Positions 45,525 through 59,092 are shown, counted from the first letter of the whole stretch. The stretch: DNA of 63,161 nt, filler included, from Craspedostauros australis (GCA_030167865.1; 10 parts of 10 records of this genome joined end to end with filler, not necessarily neighbours in it); one strand, 5' to 3'. A program made the numbers and translations. Notes: a model not told the origin generated them from the sequence alone.

Positions 45525-48500
45525 GAAGGTGAACTTCAAATGGTAAGTACTCATGGAGTAGAAGCCAATACTGAATGAACGGAGTATCGAATGCGGAGCA
45601 CGCATCGAACACGGAGTGTCGTGTAGCATGAGCACACGATGTTGAGAGAGAGAGAGAATACAGAGAGGAGNNNNNNNNNNNNNNNNNNNNNNNNNNNNNN
45701 NNNNNNNNNNNNNNNNNNNNCTACGAAACAGATTGAAGCGCCGAGAGCATCGGGCAAGAGAACGAACGGACACCGAGAGTATCGGAGTGCCAACGTAATG
45801 AAATGGCAAACAGACGACTATCAACCAACACCATCTTCCACGTTCGTAGGTTACCGTGAGCGGAACTTGCCAACACGTTTATAAATGATAGATCAGGGCG
45901 AGCCCGCTAGTCGTATCGTGCGAGGAAGATCAACATCATTCAAGAGCAGCTGGCTGAATGAGCAAGGAAGAGGAATTGAAAGACATCCCTCTGTCCAACC
46001 CGACTATCAAGAGAGAAGAAGGTGCGAGTGAGACTCCACCTCGAGAAGAGAAGGAAGCAGCCGCGGCTACTGTCCTATCAGGCGCAGACGCAAGCGCGAT
46101 CGACGAGACCGAAGAGGAACGGTCTGCAAGACTACACCGTAAGGAGAAGAGGATTCCCAAGGCGATCAAACAAGAGGAGACTGGTGTGACGAAGAGCATT
46201 CGCACAGCCAAACAGAGTGGGAAAAGTGAGACACCACCAGGAGGAGAATTTGTGACGAAAACAATCTCCGTGCAACAACAGGCGAAATTCGAAAAAGTGA
46301 CAACACAGAAACAGACGGAAATCAAGGGCGCGAGCGCACCAACAACGAAACAACAAACCAACATGGCGACATCAGCCAACATGAACAAGTGACGCATCAA
46401 GGCGCCGATGTTCAGCGGTGAACAGGAAGACTACAGCGCATGGGAGTCCCAAGCGAAGGCATACGCTCGTGCACAGAAGACGANAGACGTGATGTTGGGC
46501 AANACCAAGGTNCCAACAGTGAGTGAGATCGCGGCAGCCACCGATGAAGACAAGGAAGCGATGGAGGAGATCTACGAGCTGGGATGCGACTGCTTCAGTG
46601 ATCTGATCCTCATGATGGATGCAGAGAAAGGAAAAGGCAAGCAGGCTATCCAGTACATCAACCAATGTATCTCCGACGACTACCCCGAAGGAGACGCACA
46701 CGCAGCGTGGAACGTTCTCGCGGAGAAGTTCCGACCATCCGACGCGGTGACGAAGATNNNNNNNNNNNNNNNNNNNNNNNNNNNNNNNNNNNNNNNNNNN
46801 NNNNNNNNNNNNNNNNNNNNNNNNNNNNNNNNNNNNNNNNNNNNNNNNNNNNNNNNNNNNNNNNNNNNNNNNNCGGACGAGGAAATGATCATGCAAATCC
46901 TCAGCACGGTGAGCAACGAATACAAAACTCACATCGTGAACTTCCAACACCAACTCACGTTCAATCCAGAGCTGGTCACCATCAACGCGATCAGAGGAGT
47001 ACTCCGTACTGCATACGCTACGCACAGAGGAGGCAAGGCGTACATCGACGACTTCCAAGACAGCAACACGAAGAGCAACGACACCGGCTTCACAAGCACC
47101 GGTAACTTCAAGGGNNNNNNNNNNNNNNNNNNNNNNNNNNNNNNNNNNNNNNNNNNNNNNNNNNNNNNNNNNNNNNNNNNNNNNNNNNNNNNNNNNNNNN
47201 NNNNNNNNNNNNNNNNNNNNNNNNNNNNNNNNNNNNNNNNNNNNNNNNNNTTCAAGGGCAAGTGCAACTACTGCGGCATCTTCGGACACCGCGAGGCGGA
47301 GTGCCAAAAGAAGAAGTTCAACGAGAAGAAGAAGGCCGACGAGCAGGCCAACATAGCAACACAAGGACACGACAAGAGCGGACACGAGATGGTACTCTCA
47401 GCAAAGGACATACCGCTCTGCATGTTGGTGTCCGACGACTACATCGAAGACTCCTTCTTCGATAACTTTGAGTACGTCGGGAGTGACAACGAAGTGCAGG
47501 ATGATGAGATCATCCCGGAGTGGCTCAGCGAGGAGCCAATCATCCACGAGGTGNNNNNNNNNNNNNNNNNNNNNNNNNNNNNNNNNNNNNNNNNNNNNNN
47601 NNNNNNNNNNNNNNNNNNNNNNNNNNNNNNNNNNNNNNNNNNNNNNNNNNNNNNNNNNNNNNNNNNNNNNNNNNNNNNNNNNNNNNNNNNNNNNNNNNNN
47701 NNNNNNNNNNNNNNNNNNNNNNNNNNNNNNNNNNNNNNNNNNNNNNNNNNNNNNNNNNNNNNNNNNNNNNNNNNNNNNGGCGCCGCCTCCTCCAGCGGCG
47801 GGGAACAACAGATCGGGCATCTTCGACGAGGATGACAGCGACGAATCCGAAGACGGCAATCATCCAGACGACAGCTTCAATCCAAACGAGCGTGTTGTCT
47901 ATCCAGGGAATATCGACTTCCCACCAATCGAAGATCCCAATAGATCCAACTACCTCCATCGTCATGATACCGTCCCATATGCGACAGAGACAGCATTGGT
48001 GATCCAGAAGCAACTCATCTTCGATGCAGTGATGGAAGCAGGAGTGAGCCTGTTCCCAGGAGTCGAACGAGGAGTACTCAGACCAATATGGGTGAACATG
48101 ATGGGATCCATCCTATCCGAGAACTTCAGATCGATTGAAGAGATTCTCGCCAATTCGATTGTGATCAATCGCATACTGGAAGCAGCCGAGACAGAGACGA
48201 TCCCAGAGACGGATCTTCATTACATCCTTGGAGGATGTATGCACGTACTCTTACGCGAGCGTCCACGCGTCCACCCATATGATCCAGTCACAGGATCTCA
48301 TCGAAGCAACACGATTCCATCGGACTACGCGCAACTACCCGATGACATGGATGACGGAGACCATCATCATCCATACAACGAAGACGGAGTCCACGAAGAC
48401 GACGACGACGACGGCAGCTTCGACGACGAGATAGCTGCGGCGGCTGTGGAGCAACTCCACGAGCTGAGCACCAAGTACAAGGACAAGGTCAACAAGGACA

Positions 48501-49465
48501 CCTGGCTCGCTGACAGCGGAGCTTCGTGTCACATCGTCAACTCGGACGCCGCTCTCTTCAACGTGCGGCACATCAAGTCCTTCGTCCAAGTGGGAGACAG
48601 CACGAAGCTGGACTCTCCCAAGATGGGATCCATTTGCTTGAAGGTCAAGCAGCGAGACAACACTGGCCACGTCATCCGGCTCGATGACATGAAGTACACA
48701 CCCAAGATGGCGGTGAACCTTTTCTCCACAAACAAGGCTCTGTACAACGGTTATCAGCTTGGTAACAACGGCATTCTGATGGACATCATCAGCGGATCCG
48801 AAACGAAGATCGTGTTCGACCGAGTCTTCCCCACGTCCAACGGATTCATCACAGGAGTGCAGATGCATCCCATCATGCCAACAGACGACNNNNNNNNNNN
48901 NNNNNNNNNNNNNNNNNNNNNNNNNNNNNNNNNNNNNNNGATCGTGTTCGACCGAGTCTTCCCCACGTCCAACGGATTCATCACAGGAGTGCAGATGCAT
49001 CCCATCATGCCAACAGACGACGACAAGGCTTGCACAGCCATCATCAAAAATCCATCCAAGGAGATCAGCGCGGTGAACTTGCATCGAATGCTCGGTCACG
49101 CGCCACTCGAGACCATGAAGCGGACAGCCGCTCAATACGGATGGAAGATCATCGGCGAGATGCCGGTGTGTCGCGACTGCGCGGTCGCGAACGCAAGAGT
49201 GAAGAACATTCCGAAGGCAACCATTCCGAGAGCAACTCGCCGTGGCGAACGGNTCTTCATTGACATTAGTTACACTAAACACATAAGCTTCGGAGATAAA
49301 CGCTACTGGACCCTGATCGTGGACNACTGCACGGATCACTGCTGGAGTTTCTTTCTCAAGAACAAGAGTGATCAACCAGGGTACATCAAACGATTCGTCC
49401 AAACGATCAAGTCACAGACTGGTGACCAACAGATCATCTTCCGAGGTGACAACAGCGGAGAGAAC
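45525..49465 (+). mobile_element. Ty1/copia element 5' half: L1 LTR end (45525-45875), leader ORF, gag, extra domain, protease, pre-integrase and start of integrase
   Basis: GGAACTTGCCAACA ends at 45875. Gag FSGEQEDYSAW, knuckle CNYCGIFGHREAEC, protease WLADSGASCH, zinc finger HRMLGH..CRDC, integrase FIDIS..IVD..DHCWSFFLK. Confidence 0.93.
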
Positions 49466-51131
49466 NNNNNNNNNNNNNNNNNNNNNNNNNNNNNNNNNNN
49501 NNNNNNNNNTTAATTAATTAANNNNNNNNNNNNNNNNNNNNNNNNNNNNNNNNNNNNNNNNNNNNCTGCTGCTGTTCTGCTGCTGTTTGTTGTGTTGTGT
49601 TTGTTGTGTTGTGTTTGTTGTTCCAATCGCTCGGCGCCAAAAATCGCACAATTTGATTTCTCGCAGAAAACCACCAAGCAGACCACAGGAAAATGCCCAA
49701 CGATAGCACGAGTTGAAGCATTTTGTGAGCGATGAGTCGTGATACAATACACGAATCTAGAGCACGCCCCAAAAACCATCCATGTGACTGNNNNNNNNNN
49801 NNNNNNNNNNNNNNNNNNNNNNNNNNNNNNNNNNNNNNNNCTGTCTATCAGTGATTCTGAATGTCGAAGTTGGATTTCTATGAACTTTATTTTTAACATC
49901 ATTTTGGCTTGCTGTCCGTGATGCAACGGATGCCAAAAATTCTGGATGCCACCATGCTGCCCACCCTTCATCATCCATGATCATCATCATAATCCTGAAA
50001 TCTCTGCAACATGCGCACCACATTGGCTCCGCATACCCCCCATCTATCCACTCCATGAAGATCCGCGCGGATATCCGCATCTCATACTCCGAAGTCTCCC
50101 TGCACTGAAAAGCAGAATTTCGACATTTTTTGGGCCACACGGATGCCGTTCGTATTCGGATCCGTATCTCGTCGATACGATCCTTGCAGCTCCTCCACAT
50201 GCCCCTCAAGCGTTCCCACATCCCTTGGCGACACACTGATGTGTTCAGAATGGGTGGGGCGCCCATGCCCCCGATGGTACACCTCCATGTGATGATGTCA
50301 TCATGGAGTTTTTCGACATCAAAAACACCACTTTGTGTGTATCCCAGGCTGCAGCCTCTTCCAGACCGTATCCGTGGAGAAGGCTCCGACCTGTTCATCT
50401 TGAGTTGATTTTGAACACATCTTCGATGGGTGGCTTGGCGATTTGGGTGACTTGTGAGTGCCACCCTTCACCAGCGAAGCCACATGATGTGTCCGCCACC
50501 ACCCACCAAAAGAAACTCTTGCCCTCCACTGTTTCTTTCCGTCCACGCCTTCCAGGCCATCTTTGAGCCTCAAACTTCGTGGGCGTCTTCACATCGTCGT
50601 CCTTGATGCGTCTTGCCCATCCATGGTTGTTGGGATGGCTCCTGCATTCCAGGCAGTGACCATACCCAACCAGCGGATTTTCCTCCAAATCGTGCCAGTT
50701 GCGCGTGGTCCTGTCACGGTCCCAATTGAACCACTCCGGCAGCCCCCTCTCGCTCATCCATCAAGCTTGCCATGGCGATTCCGCCTGTGCACTCAGATCT
50801 TGCAATGGAGCGATGGTTATCGCAGCGCCGATGATGCCGTTCGACGGCGCTTGGGGAGTTTCGTTGTGTTTCTCCATTGTCGTGTTGTTGTGGTGCTGTT
50901 GTGTCAAGTGTGTTGTTCTCAACGGTTGGGGGACGTGGAGATTACCCAGAATTGTACCGAATGTGCGCAAAGCACAATGCACAGAACGCTTCACAAGTAC
51001 CAAGGCCACGCAACCCTTCCACTACCACGTANNNNNNNNNNNNNNNNNNNNNNNNNNNNNNNNNNNNNNNNNNNNTTAATTAATTAANNNNNNNNNNNNN
51101 NNNNNNNNNNNNNNNNNNNNNNNNNNNNNNN

Positions 51132-53609
51132 AGTCTTCCCCACATCCAACGGATTCATCACGGGAGTGCAGATGCATCCCATCATGCCAACAGACGACAA
51201 CAAGGCTTGCACAGCCATCGTCAACAATCCATCCAAGGAGATCAGCGCGGTGAACTTGCATCGAATGCTTGGCCACGCGCCACTCGAAACCATGAAGCGG
51301 ACAGCCGCTCAATATGGATGGAAGATAATCGGCNNNNNNNNNNNNNNNNNNNNNNNNNNNNNNNNNNNNNNNNNNNNNNNNNNGATGAGCATGTTGTACT
51401 CACAGTTCTAAAACGGTACAGACTGATAACAGATTAGTCTACTACTATAACCCCGGATTTCCAACAGGCAGCTGTGGAGCAACTCCACGAGCTAAGCACC
51501 AGATACAAGGACAAGGTCAACAAGGACACCTGGCTCGCCGACAGCGGAGCTTCGTGTCACATCATCAANNNNNNNNNNNNNNNNNNNNNNNNNNNNNNNN
51601 NNNNNNNNNNNNNNNNNNNNNNNNNNNNNNNNNNNNNNNNNNNNNNNNNNNNNNNNNNNNNNNNNNNNNNNNNNNNNNNNNNNNNNNNNNNNNNNNNNNN
51701 NNNNNNNNNNNNNNNNNNNNNNNNNNNNNNNNNNNNNNNNNNNNNNNNNNNNNNNNNNAACAAGGCTCTGTACAACGGTTATCAGCTTGGTAACAACGGC
51801 ATTCTGATGGACATCATCAACGGATCCGGAACGAAGATCGTATTCGATCGAGTCTTCCCAACATCCAACGGATTCATCACGGGAGTGCAGATGCATCCCA
51901 TCATGCCAACAGACGACGACAAGGCTTGCACAGCCATCGTCAACAATCCATCCAAGGAGATCAGCGCAGTGAACTTGCATCGAATGCTTGGCCACGCGCC
52001 ACTCGAAACCATGAAGCGGACAGCCGCTCAATATGGATGGAAGATAATCGGCGAGATGCCGGTATGTCGCGACTGCGCGGTCGCGAACGCAAGAGTGAAG
52101 AACATCTCGAAGGCAACGATCCCAAGAGCAACTCGCCGCGGCGAACGTCTGTTCATTGACATTAGTTACACTAAACACATAAGCTTTGGAGATAAACGCT
52201 ACTGGACCCTGATCGTGGACGACTGCACGGATCACTGCTGGAGTTTCTTTCTCAAGAACAAAAGTGATCAACCAGGATACATCAAACGATTCGTTCAAAC
52301 GATCAAGTCACAGACTGGTGACCAANNNNNNNNNNNNNNNNNNNNNNNNNNNNNNNNNNNNNNNNNNNNNNNNNNNNNNNNNNNNNNNNNNNNNNNNNNN
52401 NNNNNNNNNNNNNNNNNNNNNNNNNNNNNNNTGAAATTCGAATACACGGCATCGAACACGCCGCAACAGAATGGCAGAGTGGAACGCAAGTTCGCGTACC
52501 TCTACACCAAGATCCGTTCTATGCTCAACGGAGCACAGCTCAACGAAGAGTATAGGCATGGCCTGTGGGCAGCAGGTGCGAGCACTGCCACTGCCATTGC
52601 CAACATCACCGTAGCGAAGAATCAGAAGGAGTCACCTCATCGACAATTCTTCGGCAGCAATCCACCATATGCGGATGCACTCCGCACATTTGGAGAGGTG
52701 GGTGTTGTGAAGACCACCTACGGCGGGATTACCGCCAAGCTCAAGAATAGAGGAGAAGAGATGGTGTTCATTGGATATGCACACCAACATGCATCAGGGG
52801 TCTACAACATGTACAGACCATCGACCAAGTCACTGGTCTGCTCTCGCGACATCAAGTGGCTCAATCAATCATACGGACAGTTCCGTGGCTGGGCACCAGC
52901 ACCAAACGTATCCAACAAAGCAATAACAACGGACGCAGACGGCTTCACAACCATCGGACGGAAGGGAGCAACGCCAAAGACGGCAACACGTCAGGCATCA
53001 GAAGCGAAGAGAGTATCTTTTGCTGACAGCAACAGGTGCTACATTCTATCAGATAGCGACAATGAGGATGATGAGGACGATGGAGCAGTAACTCAACTAA
53101 TCCATAACAACGACGAAGATCAAAGCGAATCCAATCATGAGGATGACGAAATCACACCATCCGGCGACGAAGCCGACGATGACACAGGCGTCACTCCTCC
53201 GAACACACCAGCAAGGTCTACACATGACACACCATCCAGACCTCCACCCAACAGACCAAGCAAGCGTGACATAGCTAGAAAGGAGAGGATCCAACATCAT
53301 GAAGTACGAGGCAGGAAGGGAGAAGCTAATCCCAAGTCAACTGCAGGGAAGAGTATTCCCAGAGCTCTGCGTGAGCTCGCAGACTTCAACGAACGAGGTC
53401 GAAAGGAGGAAGGCTATGAGAGCGATCCATCATCCGCCGAGGCGAGTGACGAACTCAGCGACGAGATGATCGACGATTCCAACAACGAAACTACAGATGA
53501 CGAAGAAATCGCAGATGAAGATGAGGAGATCGAGGTCATTCACCATAGCGCAACTGGATTATACGGGATGAATGCAATCATCACCGCGAGACCAGCGATC
53601 GACATCGGA
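51132..53609 (+). mobile_element. Ty1/copia protease-integrase region (second copy) with an L2 LTR end at 51384-51466 abutting it
   Basis: WLADSGASCH, TASNTPQQNGRVERKF, KLKNRGEEMVFIGYA, SRDIKWLN. CCCCGGATTTCCAACA ends at 51466. Confidence 0.93.
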
Positions 53610-53709
53610 NNNNNNNNNNNNNNNNNNNNNNNNNNNNNNNNNNNNNNNNNNNNTTAATTAATTAANNNNNNNNNNNNNNNNNNNNNNNNNNNNNNNNNNN
53701 NNNNNNNNN

Positions 53710-54520
53710 TCTCGGTGTACGCCGTTCTCTCGCCCGATGCTCTCGGCGCTTCAATCTGTTTCGTAGATTCGGTCTCCGACTATGAGTCGGTACACGAGAT
53801 GCTCTCTCGCTCTTCTCTGTATTCTCTCTGTCTCTCAACATCGTGTGCTCGTCACGCACGATACTCCGTGTTCGATACGTACTCTGTATTCGACACTCCG
53901 TTCATTCAGTACTGGCTCCTACTCCATGAGTACTCGCCATTTGAAGTTCACCTTCTGTATNNNNNNNNNNNNNNNNNNNNNNNNNNNNNNNNNNNNNNNN
54001 NNNNNNNNNNTCCGTTCATTCAGTACTGGCTCCTACTCCATGAGTACTCGCCATTTGAAGTTCACCTTCTGTATCCATGATGCTGATGCCCTTCAGTCAT
54101 CGGATCTTCGCCTCCTGCTCTGACTTGGAGACAGATGTCGACGTGGTGACATGATGACATCCTGTCGACGTCAGTAGGCGTCCTTCTGNNNNNNNNNNNN
54201 NNNNNNNNNNNNNNNNNNNNNNNNNNNNNNNNNNNNNNNNNTCATCTGAGGTTTAGTTGGGAAGTACCTCGAGATTCTCTTGGTACCATTGATGGATGGA
54301 CGGACGATCTTCCAATTCTCTCAGAAATCGTAATTTGCAAATTTCCTCCAGAAATCTTGCCCCTTTTCGTGTGTTCCGTTTCCCCTGTAATTCTGACGAA
54401 TCTCAGTATACTATCGACACGAATGTAGTTATACCGTCCAAGTACGTATGAGAGAATAACGGGTGAACGATGCACATATACACGTACATCTCGACATATA
54501 CTCACATGTACATCTCGACA
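53710..54520 (-). mobile_element. Family-L1 LTR (partial, gapped)
   Basis: Matches 16545-17176; terminus CATCTCGACA at 54511-54520. Confidence 0.9.
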
Positions 54521-54963
54521 TTCTCCCTCCCATGACCATGGTGAGTCAAGGCCCCATGCTGGGACCTACCCCCCAGATCTACCTTTGTTATCCTTGCAGA
54601 AACCATCCACTGCCTCCAGATGCATCTCATTGATGCCTGTTGCACTAGCACCACCCTCATCCTTGCCCATTGGTGTCAGCTTTGCCAACTGCAATGATGG
54701 TGGTCTGGTTCTGGTGTCTGTGCACAGTCCCATGGCAGCAACACACCCACCCCAAAAATGGAAGCCAACAATGCCAAACAAACAACAGCAGACCAAGTCA
54801 AGGAAGAGGTGATGGAGGGCATCGCTGACAAGCTCTACAATAGTTCACAAGTGCCAAGTTCTGGGACGTTGATCTGAGCAATGAGCAAGTCAACAACTTG
54901 GTCATTCACATTGTATTCATCCCCAGTTGGTCATCCAAACATTGAACTCTGGGTCTCGGTGCT

Positions 54964-55378
54964 TGTCGAGATGTACATGTGAGTATATGTCAAGATGTAC
55001 GTGTATATGTGCATCATTCACCCGTTATTCTCTCATACGCAATTGGACGGTATAACTACATTCATGTCGATAGTATACTGTGATTCGTCAGAATTACAGG
55101 GGAAACGGAACACACGAAAAGGGGCAAGATTTCTGGAGGAAATTTGCAAATTACGATTTCTGAGAGAATTGGAAGATCGTCCGTCCATCCATCAATGGTA
55201 CCAAGAGAATCTCGAGATACTTCCCAACTAAACCTCAGATGACGATATCATCTGACAGACCACTGCATCACCAATGGAACGTGACATCTGGAGGGCAGAA
55301 GGACACCTACTGACGTCGACAGGATGTCATCATGTCACCACGTCGACATCTGTCTCCAAGTCAGAGCAGGAGGCGAAG
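54964..55378 (+). mobile_element. Family-L1 LTR 5' part, opposite orientation
   Basis: Starts TGTCGAGATGTACATG; reverse complement of 54105-54520. Confidence 0.9.
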
Positions 55379-55478
55379 NNNNNNNNNNNNNNNNNNNNNN
55401 NNNNNNNNNNNNNNNNNNNNNNTTAATTAATTAANNNNNNNNNNNNNNNNNNNNNNNNNNNNNNNNNNNNNNNNNNNN

Positions 55479-55871
55479 ATGCAGACGAAAGGAGCCAAGC
55501 TAAAGGGTGTAACCTCGGGTGGCTACTGCAGATCATGCTTGTTGTGAAATTGGAATCGAAAGAAGATGAGCATGTTGTGCTCACAGTTCTAAGACGGTAC
55601 AGACTGATAACAGATTAGTCTACTACTGTAACCCCGGATTTCCAACAGTCGGTCATCATCTTCCTTCACATGATTTAGATGTCGTGGCCTTTTCTTGATT
55701 CATAGAGGACATGCTTGTTTGCTTGGTAAGANNNNNNNNNNNNNNNNNNNNNNNNNNNNNNNNNNNNNNNNNNNNNNNNNNNNNNNNNNNNNNNNNNNNN
55801 NNNNNNNNNNNNNNNNNNNNNNNNNNNNNNNNNGTATCTTTCCGACAGAGTCGTACCCTCGATTCCTGACA
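55479..55871. mobile_element. L2 LTR 3' end (+, to 55647) inserted into an L2 3' LTR (-, 55648-55871)
   Basis: CCCCGGATTTCCAACA ends at 55647. 55648-55731 resembles 21664-21800. Terminus GATTCCTGACA at 55871 with an adjacent polypurine tract (CCCTTCC on +). Confidence 0.8.
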
Positions 55872-55945
55872 CCCTTCCATTGTCGCATCGACAACACATC
55901 ACTCACACTCTCACATTCTCATAATTTCGCGTCCTCTCCTCTCCG

Positions 55946-58101
55946 TCACTGATCCATTGTGGAACGCAGTTGGATGTAGTGATCCTTGTGCTTTTCGTAG
56001 GTCTCCTTTTTGGTATTCTTCGTAAAGCCGTCTGCGATGTTGTCTTCAGAACGCACAAACTTGGTTCTGGCCTCTCCATTTGTAATCAGTTCTCGAATGA
56101 AATGATGTTGGATGTCGATGTGTCGTGTCCTGGCGGATGTTGATGGGTTGGAGGCGATGAAGATTGCTCCGACATTGTCGACCATCACATCTGCTGGCTT
56201 GTGCATCCTCAGTCCGATGTCGCTCATCAATTGTGTCACGAAGCGAATTTCTTTTCCTGCTTCCGACAGGGCAACGTACTCTGCTTCTGTCGAGCTGAGT
56301 GTTACACTCCGTTGTGCCTTTGATCTCCATATGATCGGCACTCCTTGTAGTAGGACGATGTGCCCTCCCACGCTGATGCGATTGTCTTTGTCACCTGCGA
56401 ATTCACTGTCGGTGTATATTGCAATCTTCCATGCATCGTTGGTCAGTAGACTTGGTTTCATCTTCAGTCCATATTCTCTCGTGTCCCACACGAACTTCAT
56501 GACTCGTAGCATTTCCTTGTATGCTGCGGCCGTTGGCCCATCCAATACCTTGGTCAGTTCTCGCACTGCATTGGCGATGTCGGGTCGAGAGTGTTTCACC
56601 AGGTACAGTAGCATACCTACTCCGCTTCGGTATCTGCTGTGTCGTTGCTTGTCCACCTTGGGTGCATCACTTTACCTTTGGATACCTTGCCCTGGTGTCC
56701 CTGGTGTTCTGTATCGTTGTAGCTTCACCACGTCACTTCCGAACGTGTCGACGATGTTCTTGAGGATGTGTGGTTGGTTCACCCAACAGTTGGTCTTGTC
56801 GTGATTGAAGATGATTTTGCAGCTCAGGTAGTCTTCGAGATCTTCTTCCACCTTGACTCCGAATCGTTCCGCTCGGATATCCTTCACAAGCTTCTTCAAT
56901 TCCTGCTCCTCTCCGATGCAGAGGCAATCGTCCACATAGGTGCCGATCAGTAGCAGTCTCCCTTCCTGATTCCGAATCAGNNNNNNNNNNNNNNNNNNNN
57001 NNNNNNNNNNNNNNNNNNNNNNNNNNNNNNNNNNNNNNNNNNNNNNNNNNNNNNNNNNNNNNNNNNNNNNNCCGTAGATGGTTTTCTTGAGTAGCAGGCA
57101 TTCGTCGGCTTCGTGCCTCATACCCTTTGGGCATTGCATGTAGATCTCTTCATCGAGTTCTCCATGCAGGAATGCTGTCTCAAAGTCGATGATGATACTG
57201 TCCATATGTAATATCATCTTCATCGTGAGCATGATTCGNTATGTTGCATCATGTATCACTGGTGCGTGGTGTGCCGAGAAATCGACTCCTGCGATCTGCG
57301 AGTATCCGCATGCCACGAGTCTGGCGCGGAATACCCCGTTCCTCTTTTCCTTGAAAACCCATTTGGTCTTCACACACCGCCGATCCTTCGGCATCTGGTC
57401 CTTCTTGATTTTCTCCCATACTTTCCTTCTGGCCATATCATAGAACTCTTTGTTGATAGCTTCGCGCCATTTCTTTCTTTTGTTGGGATCCGCATGGTCC
57501 CAGCAGTCTTCGAATGTGGTAGGGTCCAGGAGCATTGCGACGTTCGCGTGTTCTGCTCCGCACTCATTTTGTTCGTCTTTCAATGCCTGGTCCGCAGCGA
57601 TGATGTCATCTAGTCTCATCATTCCATGAGGTGTGTCTATCATCGTACCTGCGATATCTCTGTTGAATATTGACCCGTCTGCGTGGAAGTCGGGTCCTCC
57701 TGTTTCCGGTGGAGTTGTGATGGTTTCTTCGGGCGTCGCATATCCCTCGCTGTCATTAGGTTCTGACTCATCACTTGATCCGAGATCTCGCTCCTCCTCT
57801 GGGATGAGGTCGTTGTTGTACCCTGCGAGAGCGCTCAGCATCCTTGGTATGCGTGTTACAGGTTCTGCGACAGGGGTACCTTTGGGCTCTTTCTCGGCCG
57901 CTTCGTCTGTATTCCCCTCGTCGTCCCTTCCGAATTCATCGTCGTTCTTTTCGTTCGATTCATTATCCCCTTGGGCAGGGAGCAAGCTATCTTGCCCTCG
58001 CGCAGCGTCATCAGTATCTTCTATTTCTTCCGCTCTGCTGCTGCGATCCACGTCGTCGGCCTCCATGCTCTTCATGGTCTCCGATCGTCGCTCCCAAGTT
58101 G
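55946..58101 (-). mobile_element. Ty1/copia reverse transcriptase plus RNase H, with premature TAA at 56672-56674
   Basis: KWREAINKE, FRARLVACGYSQ, DFETAFLHG, YVDD, SRPDIANAV, YTDSEFAGD, RHIDIQHHFIRE. The sister copy has CAA at the equivalent codon. Confidence 0.96.
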
Positions 58102-58183
58102 TGTCGAGATGTACATGTGAGTATATGTCGAGATGTACGAGTATATGTGCATCGTTCACCCGTTATTCTCTCATACGCACTTG
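58102..58183 (+). mobile_element. Start of an L1 LTR inserted into the IN-RT linker
   Basis: CTCCCAAGTTG is followed by TGTCGAGATG here, but by TTCTCGTAG in the uninterrupted copy near 63017. Confidence 0.9.
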
Positions 58184-59092
58184 NNNNNNNNNNNNNNNNN
58201 NNNNNNNNNNNNNNNNNNNNNNNNNNNTTAATTAATTAANNNNNNNNNNNNNNNNNNNNNNNNNNNNNNNNNNNNNNNNNNNNTTCATCAATCGGGAAAT
58301 TCACACGGTCCCGTCTGGCCTTCCATCCGTCAGTCAGTCACAATTCGAGACATCGCGCACGGATTAATCGCAGTCCACTCGTGACATCACATCACAGCTG
58401 ACGCCTTCGCCATCACTGGCGCTTTGCATCCGGCACCACTTCCATTCCCGACGAATTCCGACAAGCGCAGAAGTCCACCGTCACNNNNNNNNNNNNNNNN
58501 NNNNNNNNNNNNNNNNNNNNNNNNNNNNNNNNNNCGCTCAGTCCACCTTCTGATTGGCTACGAATTCCTTCGGTTCGTACCATCACTGGCGCGTCACATC
58601 GGTTCACAACTCCTTCGCTATCCCAGTCATTCATCCGACTTCGGGTCGCGCGCCAACACATCGCTCAAACGGGAAATTCACACGGTCCTGGTTGACATTT
58701 TCCATCGGTCATCCTTCGCCTCGAGTTAAGCACGGTCATCTTCGCGTTCATCAATCGGGAAATTCACACGGTCCCGTCTGGCCTTCCATCCGTCAGTCAG
58801 TCACAATTCGAGACANNNNNNNNNNNNNNNNNNNNNNNNNNNNNNNNNNNNNNNNNNNNNNNNNNNNNNNNNNNNNNNNNNNNNNNNNNNNNNNNNNNNN
58901 NNNNNNNNNNNNNNNNNNNNNNNNNNNNNNNNNNNNNNNNNNNNNNNNNNNNNNNNNNNNCTTCGACATCACAGCGGACGGCACAGTCATTTCCAAGTGT
59001 GACCACTTTCCTGGGAGCTGCGGGAAAATACTCGTCCGATAATAATAACAAATTGGACCAACAACCACATCCTCGTAACACCCAGCCACACG

